64,000 bases of DNA from a virus, in IMG/VR virus record IMGVR_UViG_3300045922_000122, positions 21,622 to 85,621 of that record; one strand, written 5' to 3'. The notes under the pieces were generated by a model. It searched no databases, had not been told where the DNA came from, and worked only from the letters and a program-made list of their open reading frames with translations. Of the stretch, positions 57,786-64,000 are shown piece after piece (within the stretch, counting starts at the first letter, position 1; each line of letters begins with the position of its first letter). The position numbers and the translations under genes were made by a program.

Positions 57786-59968
57786 TATTTAAAAAATTGA
57801 TGTGTAAGTATTCTACTTATTTTTTGTTCTTTTCTTGTTTCAAGTCTTTTATAAATTAGTTCTCTTGAATGAAATCTTTGTATCCTAAAAGCAGCTATTC
57901 TATCAAAGTTTCCTTCACCATAACTTTCTAATTCTTTTAAAAGACCTACATCATATATTGTATGTAAATTTAATTTTACATTACCGTTTTCATCTACACT
58001 TCTTCTAGTTTCCAACCAATCTTTTATATATTCATCTCCAGTAAGTTTACGTTCATTATTTTTACCAGAACCAATGTGCATTCCAAATCCTCTTCTAACA
58101 CCACTATTAGCTGTTTTTATTCTTTCATCGTATGCTAATTCAAATTCAGTTTCCAGAAAATGTAAAAGTTTAAATCTTTTAGCATAATCTACTAAAGTCA
58201 TATCATCATTTTCAAAACCTATTTTAGCATTATAATACTCAGCTAATTCAAAAACTATCTTACAAAAAGCATCTTTACCTTTAGAAGGTCTTCCTACAAA
58301 CTGCGCAACAATTCTATCATCTAATCCTCTAGCTACAATATTATTAGGTCTACAATACACATAACAAGCTCCAACAGATACTCCAGTAGCAGTATCATCA
58401 TATCTATAAGTATCCACGTCTACAATATACATGTTTTTATAAACCTGATTTGTAGCAGGGTCTTTTGCTGGAGGATACCATATAACTACAGCACTTTCTG
58501 CCTTAGCACCTTTACTAACAGGATAATCCCAAAATGTAGGTAATTTTTCATTGACTACAAACTTTAGTTTTCCTTCTTGCGTTCTACAAAACTCTCCAAC
58601 AGTACCTAAAGCTATATGTAAATTATTAGCTTCTACATGATTACGCCATTCTCTTATACTAATAGTGTCAAATATATTATTACCATTTATAGCAAAGGCT
58701 TCAGATGGAGTAAAAGGGTGTTCCATTTTTCTTGCAATTAACCCTTTTGTATCTCCTTTATCTATAAAATTTACTTTTTGGTATTCTTCTTCATATTCTC
58801 TAGCTAGCCTAATTAAACTTTCACCTTTAGAAGTTATAAATCCCACATTATTCCAATAGTCAGGAATAAAAAGCCCGCAATAAGTTCCAGAAGCTCCTTC
58901 ATCCCAGACATTCTCAAATTCAAGTGCATTATATTTATCGCAATGAAAAAATATTTCTTTAAATCCTTCCCAGTCAGTATTATCACCGCCACCAGTACCA
59001 AACCATATAATTTGACCTGATGAATAAATACCATCACCTAAAGTATCCATAGTGGCTTGAGTAAAGTCCATAAGATTAGGAGCTTTACCTGATTCTTCTA
59101 CATATATTTCATCAGCATCTTTACCTCTAGCAACAGACTTATTTGCTCTAAAAGATACAGCTATAATTTGACTTAAATAACCTTGTTCTACTTCTACACC
59201 TCCTGGAGTTTTTTCTTTCCAACCTGCTTTTACATGGTCATCTAGATTTATAAGTCTTCTTTTAGTAAACGCAGTATGTTTATCTATAAAATCTAAGTTT
59301 TCTTTACACTTAGACATAATAGCATCATCTGTAAGATAAACCATATCATAAGCAGTATATAAAGTAGTAGATTTAGGATATAAATGATACCTATAAGAAC
59401 CGCTAAATGCTAATTTGTAACTAGCACCAAATCTTCTCTTTTTAGCTACTACTAAATTTTTACCACTACCATATAAAGTATATTTAACACCATTTTCTTC
59501 AAAATAATAAGGTCTTATTCTAATACAATCTGGTAATCTTAGATTTTTAAACTGTTCCAGACTAATACCTCCATCTCTAATTATATTAGGATAATCGCTA
59601 GCACCATATCTAGCAATTCTTTTTACCCAATAAAATATATAATCTCCATCCCAAAAATCAGGAAATGAATAACCTTTAGTTACTGCTTTTTTGTATAGTA
59701 TCTTTTTTTGTTTATGTTTATCTTTATCAGCAGTAAGTTTTATCCTACAAAAATTTAAATAACCATAATGCTCACCAGTTATAGTTAATCCATCTACAGT
59801 ATATCCTTCTATAAGCCTTTTTCTTTGTTCTAACCACCAGTCTCTATCAGAAGGATAACTACCATGTTTATTAAAATAATTAGCAGCTTCACTAAAAAGC
59901 TCTGTTCTAACATCGCTTAAGTCTATTAGTTTATCGCTGGAACTTATTTTCATATTATGGTCTTTCAA
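57785..59968 (-). CDS. terL: Terminase large subunit
   Basis: ITGEHYGYLNF, Walker A-like KKRRFGASY, Walker B YVEESG, GTGG, nuclease VDVD, FEN and GNFDRI motifs. Confidence 0.93.
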   Translation of the reverse strand: MKDHNMKISSSDKLIDLSDVRTELFSEAANYFNKHGSYPSDRDWWLEQRKRLIEGYTVDGLTITGEHYGYLNFCRIKLTADKDKHKQKKILYKKAVTKGYSFPDFWDGDYIFYWVKRIARYGASDYPNIIRDGGISLEQFKNLRLPDCIRIRPYYFEENGVKYTLYGSGKNLVVAKKRRFGASYKLAFSGSYRYHLYPKSTTLYTAYDMVYLTDDAIMSKCKENLDFIDKHTAFTKRRLINLDDHVKAGWKEKTPGGVEVEQGYLSQIIAVSFRANKSVARGKDADEIYVEESGKAPNLMDFTQATMDTLGDGIYSSGQIIWFGTGGGDNTDWEGFKEIFFHCDKYNALEFENVWDEGASGTYCGLFIPDYWNNVGFITSKGESLIRLAREYEEEYQKVNFIDKGDTKGLIARKMEHPFTPSEAFAINGNNIFDTISIREWRNHVEANNLHIALGTVGEFCRTQEGKLKFVVNEKLPTFWDYPVSKGAKAESAVVIWYPPAKDPATNQVYKNMYIVDVDTYRYDDTATGVSVGACYVYCRPNNIVARGLDDRIVAQFVGRPSKGKDAFCKIVFELAEYYNAKIGFENDDMTLVDYAKRFKLLHFLETEFELAYDERIKTANSGVRRGFGMHIGSGKNNERKLTGDEYIKDWLETRRSVDENGNVKLNLHTIYDVGLLKELESYGEGNFDRIAAFRIQRFHSRELIYKRLETRKEQKISRILTHQFFK

Positions 59969-60506
59969 ACATACCTACATCTCCACCACCTCTAATTTTA
60001 GTAGTTAGAGAGGTTTTCTTAAATATTTTTTCTCTTAAAGTTTTTAAAGATTCTATAACAGAACCAGATTCTTTTATAACTTTAACAACATCTGCTGGTT
60101 TATACAATAAATTACCTTTATTATCTCTAGCAGAATAATCTACATTTTCAAGATATTTTATTGTTTTTTCAGCAGCTATAATATTACTGTTTAAATATTT
60201 ATAATCAAAATCATCTTTAATTTCTTCAAGATAAAATTCTATAGCTTCATCTATTAAACTATCTTTTTTCCAACTTTCCGGTAATCCTAGTAATACTTTT
60301 ATCTTCTCTTCCCTTATATCTAAATCCTGATAACTTTCAACATAAGAACTTCTAGGGTCAGCAAAGAAATATATAAAAGCTAGTTCTTTACTAGCAAATC
60401 CTTTTTTGTTTTTATTTCTATCTATAATTGCCTTAAAAGGCAATATCATTCTTAATTCAGGATTAAATACAGGAAACTCTCCTTCTAGTACTATTAATTT
60501 TATCAT
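59955..60506 (-). CDS. Conserved protein upstream of TerL (small terminase candidate)
   Basis: 183 aa helical; ELAFIYF..DPRS.Y and C-terminal IRGGG; overlaps the terL start. Confidence 0.5.
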   Translation of the reverse strand: MIKLIVLEGEFPVFNPELRMILPFKAIIDRNKNKKGFASKELAFIYFFADPRSSYVESYQDLDIREEKIKVLLGLPESWKKDSLIDEAIEFYLEEIKDDFDYKYLNSNIIAAEKTIKYLENVDYSARDNKGNLLYKPADVVKVIKESGSVIESLKTLREKIFKKTSLTTKIRGGGDVGMFERP

Positions 60507-60730
60507 TACTTAAATACTCTCTCTAAATTTTTATCTATATCATACTTAACTTCATCATAAGTAGTTACTATAATTACAGCAAAGCATAAAAACCTGTAAG
60601 ATACAGGTCTATAACCTTTACCATCAATAATATAATTTAAAGTTTCTTTGTAAGGTATAATTGTAAAAAAAGATAAATCTATTTTAACATTTATTCTTTT
60701 CAGCGACTTTAGCCCTATTTTCTGTAGCAT
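60506..60730 (-). CDS. Hypothetical protein
   Basis: 74-aa ORF coupled to the next gene. Confidence 0.5.
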   Translation of the reverse strand: MLQKIGLKSLKRINVKIDLSFFTIIPYKETLNYIIDGKGYRPVSYRFLCFAVIIVTTYDEVKYDIDKNLERVFK

Positions 60731-60956
60731 CTCTATATTTATTTAAGTGTTTAACAAATGTTTTAAGCTTTTTCTCACTAAATACAAATCTAGCTATATA
60801 AGGAACTCTTACTTCAGCATAAGTTCCATTATATACACTTAGTAATTGTATTGATAATTGTCTACGATATTCTTTATATATCTTAAAAGCTTCTTCTTTA
60901 TCTATACCATTCTTTTCAGCATGCTTTATAATTATTTGTTCTAAAATAGAATCCAT
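60684..60956 (-). CDS. IHF/HU-like DNA-binding protein
   Basis: Helix-helix followed by EVRVPYIARF, resembling HU 'V.l.gfG.F'. Confidence 0.55.
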   Translation of the reverse strand: MDSILEQIIIKHAEKNGIDKEEAFKIYKEYRRQLSIQLLSVYNGTYAEVRVPYIARFVFSEKKLKTFVKHLNKYRDATENRAKVAEKNKC

Positions 60957-60967
60957 TTATACCCCCA

Positions 60968-60998
60968 CAAAAATAATAAATTTAACTGTCATTTACAA
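60968..60998 (-). promoter_or_regulatory. Bacteroidota-type promoter (TTG-N20-TAnnTTTG)
   Basis: TTG at 60998-60996, 20-nt spacer, TATTTTTG at 60975-60968; upstream of the packaging genes. Confidence 0.65.
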
Positions 60999-61026
60999 GT
61001 TTTTTTTATTGCATTAAATTTCTACT

Positions 61027-61284
61027 TTATAGACCTACTTTATATCCATAAGAACACACTTTACAAATAGCATACAACCCATCCTCTCTTTTTATTTGAT
61101 TATGAGGAGTTTCTTTCACACACATATCACAGTACTGGTACAAACTACTATTAACTTCTTCAATAACATTTATCTTTTTCAACTCTCTTTTTTCTGCCGA
61201 TAAGGGCAAGATAAGGCTGCGAATGTTAGTAACAGTACTATTCTTACTATCTTGTTTTAATTCATTTACATTAATATTTATCAT
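61027..61284 (-). CDS. Zinc-finger protein
   Basis: CDMC..ETPH...CKVC. Confidence 0.7.
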   Translation of the reverse strand: MININVNELKQDSKNSTVTNIRSLILPLSAEKRELKKINVIEEVNSSLYQYCDMCVKETPHNQIKREDGLYAICKVCSYGYKVGL

Positions 61285-61511
61285 TTTATTTTATTAAGTT
61301 CTATATTTATCTTTTTTAGTATTTCTTTCCATATATCTTTATTAACATATTCTGTTTTTATAACTTGAGTTTCTGTATAGAACTCTATCTTATAATATCC
61401 AGATTCACTAATCCAAGATTGTATTCCTACCAAATACCCAAATATATATAGATGTAAAGTACCATCTATATATATTTTGAGTATTTTAGGTAGTTTTATT
61501 ACTTTTACCAC
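61281..61511 (-). CDS. Hypothetical protein
   Basis: 76-aa ORF with an ATGA overlap. Confidence 0.6.
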   Translation of the reverse strand: MVKVIKLPKILKIYIDGTLHLYIFGYLVGIQSWISESGYYKIEFYTETQVIKTEYVNKDIWKEILKKINIELNKIK

Positions 61512-61551
61512 TTTTACTTTAAGTTTATTTGTATAATTTCTTTTTGAATTT

Positions 61552-61974
61552 TCATTTGATTATCTTTTCTTGCCTTAATTTAATATTTTCTTCTATTCTA
61601 TCTGCAATACTAGTATAATCAGCTTCATATTCTTCTGTATAAATAACCTTAGCTGCAATAGCATAAGCAGGAACAATTATAGGATTTTTCCATCTTCTTT
61701 CTGGGTCAAACCCTAAAAGTATAGCAGAGTGTTTAAACTCTTCTTTAATAAACACCATGTCCCCTCTTTTTAGTTCCATAGTAGTTTCATCTTTACCTAC
61801 ATTTTCTCCAACTTTAGCTACTACAAGAGGTCTTGCATAAGGAAATTCTTTGTTAATTTTATCTCTTGTAGCTTTGTCAATAATAAGAGATGTTGCTTCT
61901 GTAGCTGTAGGAAAAGCTACCACAATCAAGTCATTTTTGTTGATTTCTAGATTAAAGTTTTCTAAGTATTTCAT
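61552..61974 (-). CDS. GroES-like co-chaperonin
   Basis: NDLIVV...SLII...VVAKVG...LKRGDMV pattern of the GroES fold. Confidence 0.6.
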   Translation of the reverse strand: MKYLENFNLEINKNDLIVVAFPTATEATSLIIDKATRDKINKEFPYARPLVVAKVGENVGKDETTMELKRGDMVFIKEEFKHSAILLGFDPERRWKNPIIVPAYAIAAKVIYTEEYEADYTSIADRIEENIKLRQEKIIK

Positions 61975-62198
61975 ATCTGTTTTGTTTTATTAAGTTTAAC
62001 TAATTTCATTATTCCATTTTCTCTAATTAAATCATAATCATGATTTTTAACATATTCTCTAGCTAATTCTAAACCGCCTACAGTAATTCTATCTATAGCT
62101 ATTAAAAGAATTGCATTAATTTTTGCCATTTTATTAGCTTCTTCTTGAGTTTTAAGAAGAGCATTATACTCTTCTATTGGCATTGTTACTGTTACCAT
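61971..62198 (-). CDS. Hypothetical protein
   Basis: 75 aa; VTMPIEEYNAL. Confidence 0.65.
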   Translation of the reverse strand: MVTVTMPIEEYNALLKTQEEANKMAKINAILLIAIDRITVGGLELAREYVKNHDYDLIRENGIMKLVKLNKTKQI

Positions 62199-62512
62199 TA
62201 ATTTAATCTCCTCCTTATTATATTAGTGTTTAAAGATTTTTTGTAATTTATATAAATTCTATTAAATTCTTCTAAAGGTGTAAGTACATATCTTATATCT
62301 CCATTTATATAATTTATTACTGTTATATCTGAATTATCTATATCACTTAATTCATATTCAAGAAATTCCTTTAAATCAAAAGTACATTGAAAGTAATCTA
62401 GAACTTCATCTAAATTAATATATCCATCTACAATACAATTGTTTTGTACAGAATATTCGTCTTCACTTATTAATTCTGATACTATCATTTTGAATTTATA
62501 TTGATTGCTCAT
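62198..62512 (-). CDS. Hypothetical acidic protein
   Basis: 104-aa coupled ORF. Confidence 0.65.
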   Translation of the reverse strand: MSNQYKFKMIVSELISEDEYSVQNNCIVDGYINLDEVLDYFQCTFDLKEFLEYELSDIDNSDITVINYINGDIRYVLTPLEEFNRIYINYKKSLNTNIIRRRLN

Positions 62513-62973
62513 ATTAATCCTTTTTGTTTTAATTCCTCACTTTTATAATATGCCCATCCAGAAGAATATTTTAACTTTACTGCTAAATATTCTAAATGCT
62601 TTCTTTCAGTCATATAATTATTATTTTCTAAAAATTCTACAAATTTAAACCAAGTTATTCCTACTTTTTTGCCAGATTTTATTGCACCATCAAATATACT
62701 ATCAATAACATATTTTGCCATTTCATAATCTAGCTTTTCTCTTTTCGGAGTAGAATTAAAATTACATTTATTTTCATAACTTTTATTAACTACAGGAATA
62801 TAATTTGTTTTCTTAATATAGTCCCATTCTAAATTTAATTGCTGCATTTCTCTTAAATCACCACCTTTATCTGGGTGTAAAGATATTGCTAATTTTTTAT
62901 ATTTATCTTTAGCTTCATCAATACTACTATAATTAGTAAGATACTTAAAGTTAGGTTTTCTAAGAAATCTCAT
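62509..62973 (-). CDS. J-domain (DnaJ-like) protein
   Basis: YKKLAISLHPDKGGD..MQQLN (HPD motif). Confidence 0.85.
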   Translation of the reverse strand: MRFLRKPNFKYLTNYSSIDEAKDKYKKLAISLHPDKGGDLREMQQLNLEWDYIKKTNYIPVVNKSYENKCNFNSTPKREKLDYEMAKYVIDSIFDGAIKSGKKVGITWFKFVEFLENNNYMTERKHLEYLAVKLKYSSGWAYYKSEELKQKGLI

Positions 62974-63436
62974 TATTTTCCTGTAGTAAATTTTTATTTG
63001 TATGTTCAGCTTCTAAATTCATTTTTATCAAATACTCTCTATTATTATCATTATTTTTACTAAAATACATAGGATTAACTTGATAATAACCTCTACCTAC
63101 CAATAATAAAAGATTTTTATCTTTTAATTTTTTAAAAGCCTTATTTACAGTATCTACACTATAACTAATATTAGCTTTTTTCATAATTTCTATAAACTCT
63201 TTTATAATATGTTTATTAGAAACTACATTATTATTACTATCCATTTTTTCTACTAAAAACTCTATCAAATTTCTAGGACATCCTTGTAAATCTGCTAATA
63301 TCTGCAAACAATTATGATACCTTTTACTATGTGAAGTTGTTACTTTTATATCATTAAAAACAGGAACACAAATACCATTATCATACTTATACTTTTCCAC
63401 ATATCTTATGTTTAAAACTTTTTTATTAACTGACAT
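62960..63436 (-). CDS. RepL-like winged-helix replication/DNA-binding protein
   Basis: SVDTVNKAFKKL...GRGYYQVNPMYF. Confidence 0.75.
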   Translation of the reverse strand: MSVNKKVLNIRYVEKYKYDNGICVPVFNDIKVTTSHSKRYHNCLQILADLQGCPRNLIEFLVEKMDSNNNVVSNKHIIKEFIEIMKKANISYSVDTVNKAFKKLKDKNLLLLVGRGYYQVNPMYFSKNNDNNREYLIKMNLEAEHTNKNLLQENNEIS

Positions 63437-63447
63437 TTTTTTGGAGT

Positions 63448-63652
63448 AAGTTATTGTACTCTGATTACAACAAAGGTAACCAAATTACAATAACTTTTGT
63501 ATTATTTTCTATTAACATTACTATAACTCATTATAAATCAAATACTTAAAAATTTATTTGTTTATTTCTAAAATTTTATTATCTTACGACCCTGAAAAAT
63601 TCAAAATAGTTGTAATCTGAATCCGTACTGAATTGTAACCAGAGTACAATAA
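63448..63652. repeat. Inverted-repeat / iteron cluster upstream of the repL-like gene
   Basis: 20-bp IR at 63451-63470 and 63633-63652 (1 mismatch); 11-bp perfect IR at 63448-63458 and 63486-63496; extra TTGTAATCTGA at 63610. Confidence 0.75.
63471..63478 (-). promoter_or_regulatory. Bacteroidota-type -7 promoter element for the repL operon
   Basis: TACCTTTG on the - strand about 35 nt upstream of the ATG at 63436. Confidence 0.55.
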
Positions 63653-64000
63653 GGACACCCTCTCAAGCCCAGTAAAATCTCAAAAGTTGCAATTTTTGAC
63701 CTTTTACTAAGTAGCTGACCCCGCCTCAAGGCTGGATGCAGTATTATATACAGAACTTACTGGTAGTACATACTGGTTAATTCTCTGGAAATAACTAAAT
63801 TAACTTTTTTAAAATCCTATTGGCAAAACAAAAGCTGCAATTTTATGCCGATAGAGAAGAATGAAAGCTGGTCGGTCAAATCAGCTAATAACGTTCTTAT
63901 TAAATCATGATAGACAATGTCTGGTTGATGATAATGCGATTTTTATTTTTTTTTTTTTAATTTTACAAAGTTTGGGTATGATAAAAAAGGTGTAACAACT

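Noticed and set aside
596-59037. Short ORFs antisense to or nested in long genes (e.g. 596-898, 4371-4682, 5786-6046, 15005-15304, 26250-26435, 46783-47052, 52955-53194, 58834-59037)
   Set aside because: They are shadow ORFs with F/L/S/I-rich composition expected from the reverse of AT-rich coding DNA, and they fully overlap well-supported genes.
57785-59968. Introns or inteins in terL, polA or MCP, common in some crAss-like phages
   Set aside because: The genes have ordinary lengths and continuous motifs, and no intein or homing endonuclease signatures were recognised.
63940-63965. Long poly-T run
   Set aside because: No upstream stem is evident; it is a low-complexity tract at the window edge and may be a homopolymer artefact.
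1-64000. Stop-codon reassignment (TAG or TGA) as in some Crassvirales
   Set aside because: Genes up to 16 kb are intact in the standard code, TAG and TGA end genes at sensible coupled positions (42272, 50248, ATGA overlaps), and no suppressor tRNA is seen.

Overview
The window is an AT-rich fragment of a crAss-like (Crassvirales-type) bacteriophage genome. It appears to use the standard genetic code and probably infects a Bacteroidota host, because TAnnTTTG promoter elements are present. The + strand arm (1-8585) carries a family A DNA polymerase cut by the window edge, about 20 small ORFs, a uracil-DNA glycosylase, an acyl-carrier-protein-like gene and a MazG/PRA-PH-type NTP pyrophosphatase. 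It meets the - strand arm at a hairpin (8598-8620). Reading from the right end, the - strand arm encodes RepL-like, J-domain, GroES-like and IHF/HU-like proteins, then terminase, portal, scaffold-like protein and major capsid protein. It continues with auxiliary capsid and ring proteins, collagen-like and lectin-like fibres, a higher-GC lysis cassette, the muzzle/stabilization protein and the injected cargo proteins. The cargo includes a 5323-aa virion RNA polymerase polyprotein with a DFDFD motif. The most notable observations are: (1) a modular, apparently recombining effector-cassette region at the RNAP C-terminus, with ART-like, papain-like and zincin domains, a 43-bp direct repeat, a split SHExGG/EVEGGE domain and recurrent xx[KND]G(G) motifs; (2) an ACP homologue lacking the phosphopantetheine serine; (3) a degenerate tRNA-His-like element attached directly to the capsid-gene terminator; (4) an iteron/inverted-repeat cluster upstream of repL. 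All functional calls come from motif recognition and gene order; no database searches were run.
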